Assembly (NCBI GenBank): GCA_963674595.2
Contig: CAXXFV010000023.1
Location: 832,001 to 896,000, forward strand
Direction: 5' to 3'
DNA: 64,000 nucleotides
Source of the DNA: a bacterium
Lineage (GTDB): Bacteria > Zhuqueibacterota > Zhuqueibacteria > Residuimicrobiales > Krinioviventaceae
Below, one piece after another: positions 11,052 to 20,423 of the stretch. Position 1 is the first letter of the stretch, and each line of letters starts with the position of its first letter. The notes under the pieces were generated by a model. It was not told the origin of the DNA. It saw only the letters and a list, made by a program, of their open reading frames with translations, and did not search any database. Both the position numbers and the translations under genes were made by a program.

Positions 11052-12392
11052 ATGAGTAAAATGGCAGAAGAGGCTTTAAAAAAAATCAGGATGGCCGGAG
11101 TTTGCGGAGCCGGAGGTGCCGGGTTTCCGACCTACGCGAAACTGGGTGCCCAGGTGGACACCATTATCCTGAATGCTGCCGAATGTGAACCCCTTCTCCA
11201 CAAAGACAAGGAAATCCTGCGTCATCACCTGGACACAGTGCTGGAAGGATTATCCGCTGCAGCCAGCCTGATCGGCGCTTCCCGGGCCTGCATTGGGATA
11301 AAGGAAAAATATCACAGCCTTATCGATCAGCTCAGGCAGGCTTCCCCTCCGGGTATTGAAGTAGTTACTGTCAAAGATGTATACCCGGCCGGAGATGAAA
11401 TAACCCTGGTATACAACGTTACCGGACGAATTGTCCCGCCCGGCGAAATACCCCTGGCCGTAAGCGCTGTGGTTATTAATGTTGAAACAGCATTTAATGT
11501 AGCCCGGGCCCTGGCTGGTTACCCGGTGACCGAAAAATTTCTGCCCATAGCAGGAGCTGTTAAAAATCCCTGTACCCTCAGGGTACCTGTCGGCATCAGC
11601 TTTGAAGAGTGTATCCAGGCCGCCGGAGGGCTTGCCACCGACACACCCGCTTACCTGATCGGCGGGGTTATGATGGGGCGGCTGGCACAGGATTCCACCG
11701 GCCGCGTCACCCGGACCACCGGCGGAATAGTTGTGCTGCCTGCAGATCACTCCTTAGTGGCAAGGTACAATAAAACCTGGAAAGAAAAAGCCCGCATCGG
11801 GCGCAGCGCCTGCGACCAGTGCGGCTTCTGCACAGAACTCTGCCCCCGTTACCTGCTGGGGCACCCGGTTGAACCGCACCTGGCAATGCGCAGCCTGGTG
11901 TTTAACCAGGTCGGAGACTCCCTGATCAAGGGAAGCAGCTTCTGTTGCGAATGCAACCTCTGCAGCCTCTTTGCCTGCCCTGAAGCCCTGGACCCCAAAG
12001 ACGCCTGCGTATGGAACAAGTCTGAACTGGCGGCAAGCGGACAGAAATGGGAAAATCCGGCGTTCCGGCCCCGCTCGGCCGAAACACTGCTGCCAAACCG
12101 GCAGGTCCCGACATCCAGTTTAATGGCCAGGCTGGACCTTAATCAATTCAACAACCGCGGCCCTCTGCGGAGCGAACCGGTAAGCACCGGGCGGGTCGGA
12201 CTTATGCTTAAACAGCATATCGGAGTTCCCGCCTCGCCCGCAGTAAAAGTGGGAGACAGCGTGAGTATCGGCGACATTGTCGCGTCAGTTCCCGGGAAAG
12301 GCGGCAGCGAACAGCTGGGCCTTCCGATCCATGCCTCGATATCCGGGCGGATTTCGGAAATAACCAAGGATATGGTCTGGATAGAATCATGA
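11052..12392 (+). CDS. pduS: PduS-like flavo/[4Fe-4S] oxidoreductase (SLBB domain), BMC-associated
   Basis: GAGGAGFPTYAK, NAAECEP, YPAGDE, CDQCGFCTELCP, CCECNLCSLFACP and QHIG...HASISG; overlaps the BMC-T gene. Confidence 0.85.
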   Translation: MSKMAEEALKKIRMAGVCGAGGAGFPTYAKLGAQVDTIILNAAECEPLLHKDKEILRHHLDTVLEGLSAAASLIGASRACIGIKEKYHSLIDQLRQASPPGIEVVTVKDVYPAGDEITLVYNVTGRIVPPGEIPLAVSAVVINVETAFNVARALAGYPVTEKFLPIAGAVKNPCTLRVPVGISFEECIQAAGGLATDTPAYLIGGVMMGRLAQDSTGRVTRTTGGIVVLPADHSLVARYNKTWKEKARIGRSACDQCGFCTELCPRYLLGHPVEPHLAMRSLVFNQVGDSLIKGSSFCCECNLCSLFACPEALDPKDACVWNKSELAASGQKWENPAFRPRSAETLLPNRQVPTSSLMARLDLNQFNNRGPLRSEPVSTGRVGLMLKQHIGVPASPAVKVGDSVSIGDIVASVPGKGGSEQLGLPIHASISGRISEITKDMVWIES

Positions 12393-12949
12393 GCAATCCA
12401 AAAGTAATAGGAGCCCTGGAATTATCCAGCGTCGGGATAGGTTATAAAGTCCTGGACCGGATGCTTAAAGCAGCCGCGGTAGAAATTATCCTTGCCCGGA
12501 CAATCTGTTCCGGCAAATACCTGATTATCCTGGGCGGAACCGTTTCCGACGTGGAATCAGCTATGGCCGCGGGCAGGGAATCCGGCGAGGGCGCGCTGAT
12601 TGACGAACTGGTCCTCACCTCGGTCCACCCTTCAGTATTCCCGGCACTCGGCCAGTCAGTTTCCATAACCGGGGAACAGCTGGGGGCGCTAGGTATCGTT
12701 GAAACCTTCAGCGGCGTCAGTATCCTGGCGGCGGCTGACGCGGCGGCCAAGGCGGCAGCAGTCACCCTCTTCCGGGTCCATGTGGCCATGGCCCTGGGAG
12801 GAAAAGGTTTTTTGCTGCTGACAGGGGAGCAGGCAGACGTGGAAGCTGCTGTTTCCGCCGCTGTGGCAGAAGCAGGCAAAAGGGGTTTATTGGTAAGCCA
12901 GGTGGTTATCCCCAGGCCTGAACCATCACTCATCAGTGAATATATTTAA
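12389..12949 (+). CDS. pduT: Tandem-domain shell protein BMC-T, PduT-like
   Basis: Two BMC domains; TICSGKY carries the pore Cys of PduT. Confidence 0.85.
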   Translation: MSNPKVIGALELSSVGIGYKVLDRMLKAAAVEIILARTICSGKYLIILGGTVSDVESAMAAGRESGEGALIDELVLTSVHPSVFPALGQSVSITGEQLGALGIVETFSGVSILAAADAAAKAAAVTLFRVHVAMALGGKGFLLLTGEQADVEAAVSAAVAEAGKRGLLVSQVVIPRPEPSLISEYI

Positions 12950-12966
12950 TAAATAAAATTAAAAAA

Positions 12967-13740
12967 ATGGCAACTTACGAAAGCATCGGACACCGCAGGG
13001 ACCGCATCACGGAGCTGGTAACCCAGAGAGGATATGTATCTCTTTCGGACCTGGGAAAATTCCTTGATATCAGCGACAGCACTGCCCGGCGTGACCTGGA
13101 AGCCCTGGAGCTTAACGAAGTCCTGACCCGCACCCGGGGCGGGGCGGTATGTAAACAGTACAGCTCAGTCCAGCGCCTGGAACTGGTTGACCGTGAAACC
13201 AGCATGGCTGAGGAAAAAAATGCCATAGCCCTCCTGGCCGCCGGCCTGATCCAGGAGCAGCAGCTGGTTATAATCAACGGCGGGACAACCTGTTACGCCC
13301 TGGCTTCAGCCCTGGCCGGGCGCAGGGTCAGCGTAGTGACAAATTCCGTGCCTGTAGCCTCACTGCTCTCCGCTGATTTCCAGACGGAAGTTACCTTGAT
13401 CGGAGGATATCTCTATCCCCGCACCGGAGTGGCACTGGGAATTGAAGCCCAGGAACAGATGGCCTCAATCAGGGCTGACCTGTTGATTACAGGGTGCGGA
13501 GGCATCAGCGAAGATGAAATTTTCAACATAAACCAGATGATGGCTGATATGGACAGCACCATGATGAATTCGGCAGACCGGGTTATCCTGCTGGCCGACA
13601 GCAGCAAATTCGGGCGGAGCGGCCTGGCCCGCGTAGGCGGCCTGGCTGATGTTAACACCATAATTACTGACAAAGGGCTCAGTGAAGAATGGAAAAGGAA
13701 ACTGGCCTCCCTTTCCATTGAAGTACTAATAGCCGGGTAA
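12967..13740 (+). CDS. DeoR/GlpR family transcriptional regulator
   Basis: SDSTARRDL...RTRGGA HTH; GGTT, TNS and ADSSKF sensor motifs. Confidence 0.93.
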   Translation: MATYESIGHRRDRITELVTQRGYVSLSDLGKFLDISDSTARRDLEALELNEVLTRTRGGAVCKQYSSVQRLELVDRETSMAEEKNAIALLAAGLIQEQQLVIINGGTTCYALASALAGRRVSVVTNSVPVASLLSADFQTEVTLIGGYLYPRTGVALGIEAQEQMASIRADLLITGCGGISEDEIFNINQMMADMDSTMMNSADRVILLADSSKFGRSGLARVGGLADVNTIITDKGLSEEWKRKLASLSIEVLIAG

Positions 13741-13772
13741 ACCGGAAACATTTGAATACAGGAACAGGATTT

Positions 13773-14465
13773 ATGAACAGTTTAAACATTCCCATGCCCA
13801 GGGAGCAGGTAGAAAGGGTCGTTCGACAGCTGGTCCGGGAGCAGTTTGCCAGCCGGATGAAGGCGGGTGAAACAACCTTTACAGCTGAGTATTACCCGAA
13901 CCTGGTAGTAAACATATCTGCCCGCCACGTACACATTACCCAGGAAGACCTGGAAAAACTTTTCGGCAAGGGGTCAGAGCTGACCGTGTTCCGCTGGTTA
14001 TATCAGCCTGGAGAATTCGCCGCTGAACAGCAGGTAGCTATCGTTGGCCCCAGACAGAAGATGATCAGCCAGGTCAGGATACTCGGGCCGACCCGCAAAA
14101 AAACCCAGGTGGAGCTGAGCTTTACGGACTCAATCGCACTCGGAATCGACGCCCCCTGCCGCCCTTCCGGCAGCCTGGATGGCACTCCGGGGTGCATACT
14201 GGTGGGACCTGCCGGGCACGTTGAACTGAAGCAGGGCGTGATCAGGGCCGAAAGGCATGTGCATATGAACCCGGCTGACGCGGCCTTTTACGGTTTCAGC
14301 CATGGGCAGAGAGTCCGGCTCCGGGTAACCAGCGACTGCCAGATCACCTACGAAAACCTGCTCTGCAGGGTGAATCCCAAATCCCTGCTGGAAGTACACA
14401 TTGATACTGATGAAGGCAACGCCTGCAACCTGGTAAACGCAACAGACGTGGAACTGCTTCCCTGA
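13773..14465 (+). CDS. pduL: Phosphotransacylase PduL with N-terminal encapsulation peptide
   Basis: SARHVH, RILGP, SGSLDGTPG, RHVHM and HIDTDEGNA; N-terminal REQVERVVRQLVREQF helix. Confidence 0.93.
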   Translation: MNSLNIPMPREQVERVVRQLVREQFASRMKAGETTFTAEYYPNLVVNISARHVHITQEDLEKLFGKGSELTVFRWLYQPGEFAAEQQVAIVGPRQKMISQVRILGPTRKKTQVELSFTDSIALGIDAPCRPSGSLDGTPGCILVGPAGHVELKQGVIRAERHVHMNPADAAFYGFSHGQRVRLRVTSDCQITYENLLCRVNPKSLLEVHIDTDEGNACNLVNATDVELLP

Positions 14466-14546
14466 ACTGCGGTTTTGTCCGTTTTCCAGGGAAATAGAAA
14501 CAATAGAAACTTAGAGAACAAATTCAATAATTTAAGGAGATAGAAA

Positions 14547-14831
14547 ATGGCATTACAGGCAATTGGAATGGTGGAGACACGAGGTCTGGTAGCCCTGCTG
14601 GAAGCAAGCGACGCCATGTGCAAAGCAGCCAACGTGGAAATGATCGGCTGGAACAGGGCAGGCGGCGGGCTAGTGACTTCCTTTGTAAAAGGTGAAGTCG
14701 CAGCAGTTAAAGCCTCGGTGGACGCCGGCGCGGCCGCGGCTTCAAAGTTGGGAGAAGTCGTTACTGTGCACGTTATTCCGCGTCCCCACGATGACTTGGC
14801 AGATGCGCTTCCGCCCATAAGCGCGGTGTAG
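14547..14831 (+). CDS. BMC-H hexameric shell protein
   Basis: AIGMVETRG...ASDAMCKAA...GEVAAVKASVDAG...HVIPRPH. Confidence 0.95.
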   Translation: MALQAIGMVETRGLVALLEASDAMCKAANVEMIGWNRAGGGLVTSFVKGEVAAVKASVDAGAAAASKLGEVVTVHVIPRPHDDLADALPPISAV

Positions 14832-14948
14832 GCAATAGACCGGAAAACATGTGACCTAAATCCGGGATGTACCCGGATCATCAGGTTCTAATAAGTTTTT
14901 TTGCGGCGGAATAAACAGATTTTAAGAGATTAAAACCGGAGATAAATA

Positions 14949-15215
14949 ATGAATGCTATCGGCATGATTGAAACCAAGGGAAATATCGGAACGATCGAAG
15001 CAACGGATGCCATGTGCAAAAGTGCTGACGTCAGACTGGTAAAACGTATTGAAATCGGCGGAGGTTTTGTGACCTCCATAGTAGAAGGAGATGTAGGGGC
15101 TGTTAAGGCAGCTGTTGACGCCGGCGCGGCCGCGGCCGGACGGGTAGGCGAACTCGTAGCCTGCAACGTCATCCCCGCGCCCCACAAAGGAATGGTCGAC
15201 ACTTTCCTGAAGTAA
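14949..15215 (+). CDS. BMC-H hexameric shell protein
   Basis: AIGMIETKG...DAMCKSA...[13 protein letters not shown]...VIPAPH. Confidence 0.95.
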   Translation: MNAIGMIETKGNIGTIEATDAMCKSADVRLVKRIEIGGGFVTSIVEGDVGAVKAAVDAGAAAAGRVGELVACNVIPAPHKGMVDTFLK

Positions 15216-15260
15216 GGGCTGTGAAAGCCCGGGGACAATGTTGTTATTCCGGATATACCC

Positions 15261-16457
15261 ATGTCAATAAAAATTCTTGTAGCAAATATCGGCTCAACCA
15301 GCTTTAAGTTCCGTCTCTTTGAGATGGAGACAGAGACTGAACTGGTCTCAGGCGGAGCTGACCGCATCGGGCAGGATGGTGGAATTCTCAGGTTCAACCG
15401 TCCCGGCCGGAACGAGGAAAAGCAGCCGCAGTCCTACTCCAATCATGGAGAAGCTGTCCGTGACATCCTGCAGCGCCTGGTGGCCTCAACTGTGCTGGAA
15501 AGCCTGGGGGATCTGGATGCCATTGCCTTCAAGGCTGTCATGGGAGGAGACTTGCCTCCGGTCACGAAGGTTACCGAAGAAGTTCTTTCGCAAATGGAGT
15601 ATTTCTCTCCCGTGGCCCCGGCTCATAATCCGCCCTATGTGGCTGCCATGCGTATGTTTGCAGAAGTACTGGAAGGAACTCTCCTGGTTGCCGCGTTTGA
15701 TTCCGGATATCACCATACCAATCCGGAACGCCGGCGCAGATACGCGATTCCCGCGGAGTGGGCTGATTCTTACGGAGTAAAGCGCTACGGGTACCATGGA
15801 GCATCACACCGCTACACCGCCAGGAGGATGAGAGAACTGATGCCCGGCGCTGACCGGGTGATCAGCATGCACCTGGGCGGAAGCAGTAGTATCTGCGCTA
15901 TCAAGAGCGGTGTTTCAGTTGCCACCAGCATGGGGCTCTCCCCCCAGTCCGGGCTGCCGCAAAGCAGCCGGGTCGGTGACTTTGACCCCTTCGCCCTGGA
16001 CCTGCTGCGGAGAGGCGCAAACCTTGATACGGACGAAATTCTCCGCATACTGGGATCCAAAAGCGGTTTACAGGCACTCAGCGGCACCAGCGGCGACATG
16101 CGGGATATCGAGGATGCCATGGACCGGGGATCCCCGGCAGCCATCCTGGCCTTTGATGTTTACGTTACTGCCATTCGCGACTACCTGGGAGCTTACCTGG
16201 CGGAACTCGGCGGAGCTGATGCCATAGCCTTTACCGGGGGCATCGGCCAAAAATCCGATAAAGTGCGGAAAAGCGTGTGCAGGGGCCTTGCTTTTGCCGG
16301 GATTGCTTTAGATCTGGAGAAAAACAGGTCCACCAGGAAAGAAAACCGGATAGACAGTGAGGATTCCCGGACAGCTGTCTGGGTATTGGAAACCAATGAA
16401 GAGCTGATCGTGGCCAGGCAGGCCGCGGAATTATTAAATGCATCAAAACGAAATTAA
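15261..16457 (+). CDS. ackA: Acetate/propionate-family acyl kinase, BMC-associated
   Basis: NIGSTSFK, APAHNP, RYGYHGASH, HLGG, FTGGIG and TNEE. Confidence 0.88.
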   Translation: MSIKILVANIGSTSFKFRLFEMETETELVSGGADRIGQDGGILRFNRPGRNEEKQPQSYSNHGEAVRDILQRLVASTVLESLGDLDAIAFKAVMGGDLPPVTKVTEEVLSQMEYFSPVAPAHNPPYVAAMRMFAEVLEGTLLVAAFDSGYHHTNPERRRRYAIPAEWADSYGVKRYGYHGASHRYTARRMRELMPGADRVISMHLGGSSSICAIKSGVSVATSMGLSPQSGLPQSSRVGDFDPFALDLLRRGANLDTDEILRILGSKSGLQALSGTSGDMRDIEDAMDRGSPAAILAFDVYVTAIRDYLGAYLAELGGADAIAFTGGIGQKSDKVRKSVCRGLAFAGIALDLEKNRSTRKENRIDSEDSRTAVWVLETNEELIVARQAAELLNASKRN

Positions 16458-16505
16458 ATAAATCCGCGGTTTATTTCCGCGGGAAAACAAATGGAGACAG
16501 GAACA

Positions 16506-16793
16506 ATGGACGAAGCAATTGGAATGATTGAGACAAAGGGGCTGGTTGCGGCTATTGAAGCCACTGATGCCATGCTGAAGACTGCCAAAGTCGAATATGT
16601 CGGGACAGCAAAAGTCGGAAGCGGTTACGTGAATGTCGTGGTTAAAGGCGATGTAGCAGCCTGTAAAGCCGCGGTTGACGCTGGCGCGGCCGCAGCCGGG
16701 CGTATCGGCGAAGTCGTTTCAGTGCATGTTATACCCAGGCCGCACGGCGAGGTATCTGCTGTACTCCCCAAGCTATCCGCCAAAAAAGGATAA
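16506..16793 (+). CDS. BMC-H hexameric shell protein
   Basis: [22 protein letters not shown]...[13 protein letters not shown]...HVIPRPH; alternative start at 16491. Confidence 0.95.
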   Translation: MDEAIGMIETKGLVAAIEATDAMLKTAKVEYVGTAKVGSGYVNVVVKGDVAACKAAVDAGAAAAGRIGEVVSVHVIPRPHGEVSAVLPKLSAKKG

Positions 16794-16915
16794 CTGGGTA
16801 GAGTTCAGTGAAATGTCAGCCGCAAGGCAGGCAAAATAATCGTCCGCGGACTTTATTTATGAATTAATTATTTTATTTATTTATAAAACCGTGACTTTTC
16901 AGGAGTTAAATAGAC

Positions 16916-17224
16916 ATGTTTATGGCCAGAGTTAAGGGCAACGTAGTTACGACCCAGAAAGTCGAAAAAATGAAAGGGCGGAAAATGCTGGTGGTCGAAC
17001 CTGTCCGGGTAAACCCGGATAACAGCGGAATCATCGGTACCGGCCGTTCCTTTATCGCTGTTGACACTCTCGGGGCCGGCACAGGCGAACTGGTGGTTAT
17101 CACCCAGGGATCCAGTTCCAGGATGACATCAGGCACTTCTGACGCACCGGTTGATTGCGTCATCATCGGGATAATTGATTCGGTTACCATTATGGGCGAC
17201 AAGCTTTACGAGACCGATCAATAA
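16916..17224 (+). CDS. BMC-P pentameric vertex protein (EutN/CcmL family)
   Basis: MFMARVKGNVVTTQK...AVDTLGAGTGELV...GSSSR...DCVIIGIID. Confidence 0.94.
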   Translation: MFMARVKGNVVTTQKVEKMKGRKMLVVEPVRVNPDNSGIIGTGRSFIAVDTLGAGTGELVVITQGSSSRMTSGTSDAPVDCVIIGIIDSVTIMGDKLYETDQ

Positions 17225-17340
17225 AGGTTCCAGTCAAGTGATAATCACGGCATCCAGTATCAGAATTCTTAATATAAAAACGGTTGTAAACCCGCATATT
17301 CCTCAAACCTGCGGGCCAGATCAAAGGGAAGAGCATTATT

Positions 17341-18870
17341 ATGCAAGGCCTTAATGAAAACGAAATAAAAGCAATGGTGGAAAAGGTACTCACCCATCTG
17401 GAAGGTGGATGGAGCAGCCAGGAACCTCCGGTTCCGGGAAAATCCGCTACTCCGCCCATAGGACAGACCTCTGTGCGGTGGAATGGTTCATCTCCACAGA
17501 CCGCCGCCTATAACAGCAGCTTCAGCTTTTCGCCGGCTGCCGCAAATGGTCAAAGGGGCCTTTTCAGCAACGTCAACCAGGCAGTTTCAGCCGCCGAGAA
17601 CGCCCAGAAAGCACTTAACCGGCGTTCCCTGGCCCAGAGAAAGCAGATCTGCGAAATCATCATGAATATCTGCCGGGACCAGTCAGAAGAACTGGGCAGG
17701 CTGGAATATGAAGAAACCCGGGTCGGGCACGCCGCCCACAAGCCGGAAAAGATGAGGATCGTAGCTGACTCCGCTTTGGGTGTGGATTACATAACTTCCG
17801 AATGCTTCAGCGGCGATCACGGCATTACCGTGGAAGAACACGCCCCCTGGGGAGTAGTCGGGATTATTACCCCGGTTACCCATTCCCTGCCGACACTGGC
17901 CAATAACGCCATCAACATCATCGCGGCCGGTAATTCACTGGTCTGCAACCCCCATCCGGGTGGAAAAAAGATTGCGGCTACCGGAGCAAGGCTGTTTAAC
18001 GAAGCTATCTATAAAGAGACCGGCATAGATAACCTGATCTGCGTTATTACTGAACCAACCCTGGAAACCGCCAACCAGATTTTCACCCATCCAGGCGTGA
18101 ACCTGTTAGGCATTACCGGAGGACCGGGTGTTGTTGCCGCAGCCCTTAAATCCGGAAAACGCGCCATCTGTGCCGGGCCCGGAAATCCCCCGGTCGTGGT
18201 GGACTCCTCCGCTGACCTGAATAACGCGGCCAACTGCATCATCGAGGGAAGCACCTACGACAACAACCTGTTATGCCTCTCCGAAAAAGAAACATTCGTG
18301 GAAGCTTCTGTCTTTGATGCTTTTATGAACGCCCTGGTCCGGGCCGGAGCCTGCAAGCTCACTACCCAGCAAATGGACAAGCTGGCTGAAATCTGTCTGG
18401 TAAAAGGTCAAAACGGACACTGGGCCGCCAACAAGGAATATGTAGGCGCTGAACCGCAAGTGATTGCCCGGACTATCGGGGTATCAATCCCGCCTGAGTG
18501 CCGTATGCTCTTCGGTGAAACCGGGCCTGAGCATGCCTGGGTAATGGCCGAACAGATGATGCCGGTTATGCCGGTGGTCAAGGCTTCTACTTTTGAACAG
18601 GCTGTGGAATACGCGAAAAAAGCGGAGCACGGGTTCAAGCACACCGCTGTAATCCATTCCCGCCTGGTGGATCACATGACCCACATGGGCAAGGAACTGG
18701 ATACTACCCTTTATATTAAAAACGGCCCTTCCCTGGCCGGAAACGGTTCCGGCGGAGAAGGTTATGGAGGCTGGTCAATTGCCTGCGGTACCGGGGAGGG
18801 CATTGCCACTCCCATGACCTATACCAGGCTGCGCCGGTGTTCCATGATCGATAACCTGAGGATACTTTAA
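17341..18870 (+). CDS. CoA-acylating aldehyde dehydrogenase (EutE/PduP family) with encapsulation peptide
   Basis: APWGVVG, PVTH, TGGPGVV, AGPGNPP, DNNLLCLSEKE (catalytic Cys), EQMMP and HTA; N-terminal ENEIKAMVEKVLTHL. Confidence 0.94.
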   Translation: MQGLNENEIKAMVEKVLTHLEGGWSSQEPPVPGKSATPPIGQTSVRWNGSSPQTAAYNSSFSFSPAAANGQRGLFSNVNQAVSAAENAQKALNRRSLAQRKQICEIIMNICRDQSEELGRLEYEETRVGHAAHKPEKMRIVADSALGVDYITSECFSGDHGITVEEHAPWGVVGIITPVTHSLPTLANNAINIIAAGNSLVCNPHPGGKKIAATGARLFNEAIYKETGIDNLICVITEPTLETANQIFTHPGVNLLGITGGPGVVAAALKSGKRAICAGPGNPPVVVDSSADLNNAANCIIEGSTYDNNLLCLSEKETFVEASVFDAFMNALVRAGACKLTTQQMDKLAEICLVKGQNGHWAANKEYVGAEPQVIARTIGVSIPPECRMLFGETGPEHAWVMAEQMMPVMPVVKASTFEQAVEYAKKAEHGFKHTAVIHSRLVDHMTHMGKELDTTLYIKNGPSLAGNGSGGEGYGGWSIACGTGEGIATPMTYTRLRRCSMIDNLRIL

Positions 18871-18871
18871 G

Positions 18872-19135
18872 ATGCGATTAGGACTGGTTGAAGGAACCGC
18901 GGTATCGACAACTAAACACCCATCCATGGTGGGTTACAAGCTGCTGTTAGTGCAGCCCCTGGATGCCAGGGGCAAGGTCGGCCCTGAGGATGATCCCCTC
19001 CTGGTAGTAGACACCATCGGGGCCGGGCACGGGGTAAAAGTGGTTATCAGCAATGACGGAAGAGCGGCAAGAGAACTGGTCGGAGACACAACCAGCCCGG
19101 TACGCTGGACCGTGATCGGCATATCAGATGATTAG
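18872..19135 (+). CDS. BMC-P pentameric vertex protein
   Basis: MRLGLVEGTAVSTTKHPSM...DTIGAGHG...DGRAAR...TVIGISD. Confidence 0.93.
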   Translation: MRLGLVEGTAVSTTKHPSMVGYKLLLVQPLDARGKVGPEDDPLLVVDTIGAGHGVKVVISNDGRAARELVGDTTSPVRWTVIGISDD

Positions 19136-19185
19136 GAAAAATCGACATCCTTCCTGGGGATATTCCCCGGAGGGCAAGGGATAAT

Positions 19186-19998
19186 ATGGATCCGGAACTT
19201 ATAAACCAGATAGTAAAGGAAGTAAAAAACTCCCTGCAGCAGGACGGGCAAATCAATCTGTCCGCCGCGGCCGGAACTGCTTTCCCCGGGGACAGTGTTC
19301 GCGGCCGTAACGAAGATTTTCTGAAAAGAATCTTCGTTACTGCCGATGACCTGCTGGCCCGGATCACTGCAGGCGGTTCCTCCTCAGTGGAGCTGGCTTC
19401 CAATGAATTTCTCACACCGGCAGCAGCGGACCTGGCAGCGCGCCGAAAAATCGGAATCACCCGGAAAACAGAGTCCCTGAACAGGCCCGTTTCCAGACCG
19501 GTACCGGCGCAGAAATCGATTCCAACCTGGAAGGATGTTCCGCTTTCAGCTTCCCGGAACAGTACCGGCACCGGCCCCGTCGGGCTGATCACCTATTTCC
19601 CTGATGAAAAAACCGATTCCGTGCTGCAAGCCCTGGCCCATGACGGGATCTTTTTCACTGACTGCACTGACGATGAATGCTGGATGGTGAACCTGTTAGG
19701 CCTTTGCCGCAGGATCACTGCCGGCTCCCTGTCTCTCGGAGTAGCTCTTTTCCCCTTTGGAGCTGACGCTCTCATAATGGCCAACAAGGTCCCGGGAATC
19801 AGGGCTGTACAAGGGACAAAAATCGAATCAGTCGCGGCTTCGGTGCGCAGGCTCAGCACCAACCTGCTAATCCTGGAGCACCGGGTTTCAACCTTTCACG
19901 AGCTGCGGGCCATGACCAGGATTTTTGTGCAGAACCGGATGGTCTCCGGCCTCGCTGACGACGTGATCAAAAAAATTGAAGAAGTCGAAAAACATTAA
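19186..19998 (+). CDS. BMC-associated protein with encapsulation peptide and degenerate RpiB/LacAB domain
   Basis: N-terminal PELINQIVKEVKNSL; LTPAAADLA motif; ANKVPGIRA...STNLLIL matches RpiB, but CGTG is replaced by FPFG. Confidence 0.75.
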   Translation: MDPELINQIVKEVKNSLQQDGQINLSAAAGTAFPGDSVRGRNEDFLKRIFVTADDLLARITAGGSSSVELASNEFLTPAAADLAARRKIGITRKTESLNRPVSRPVPAQKSIPTWKDVPLSASRNSTGTGPVGLITYFPDEKTDSVLQALAHDGIFFTDCTDDECWMVNLLGLCRRITAGSLSLGVALFPFGADALIMANKVPGIRAVQGTKIESVAASVRRLSTNLLILEHRVSTFHELRAMTRIFVQNRMVSGLADDVIKKIEEVEKH

Positions 19999-20035
19999 AC
20001 CAGGCCGGCAATAACGGATCCTGGGAAAGAGAATA

Positions 20036-20347
20036 ATGCGGATAGCTAAAGTAATTGGAAAAGTGGTTTTCAGCAGGAAGCTGGATGAAGTGGTACCAGG
20101 GAATTACCTGGTGGTACGAACCTGCAACCGGGGTACCCTGGCCGGACAGAATGACGGAAACGAGGAAACCCCGGTGATCTATGATTCCCTGGCAGCCCGG
20201 GAAGGCGACCTCGTTGGCATGGTGGAGGGACGGGAGGCCACGGCTCCATTCTATCCTGAAAAAGTTCCTTTTGAATGCTACTGCGCCGCGATCCTGGATA
20301 CGGTGGATTTTGACCCGATACTGCCGCTTTCCATAGAAGAAGAATAA
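20036..20347 (+). CDS. BMC-P pentameric vertex protein
   Basis: MRIAKVIGKVV...YDSLAAREGDLV..EGREA..PF...CAAILD. Confidence 0.9.
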   Translation: MRIAKVIGKVVFSRKLDEVVPGNYLVVRTCNRGTLAGQNDGNEETPVIYDSLAAREGDLVGMVEGREATAPFYPEKVPFECYCAAILDTVDFDPILPLSIEEE

Positions 20348-20423
20348 GGCCGGTTTCATTGACCTGGAAGCCGGTTAATAAAAAGTTTATTTGAAATAAG
20401 GTTAGTTTTGGAGAATTAATAAA

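Noticed and set aside
11052-12392. RnfC/RsxC of an Rnf complex
   Set aside because: No other rnf genes; domain order and coupling to a BMC-T fit PduS
14720-16700. Repeated gacgccggcgcggccgc sequence as a DNA repeat element
   Set aside because: It encodes the conserved DAGAAAA of three BMC-H paralogs
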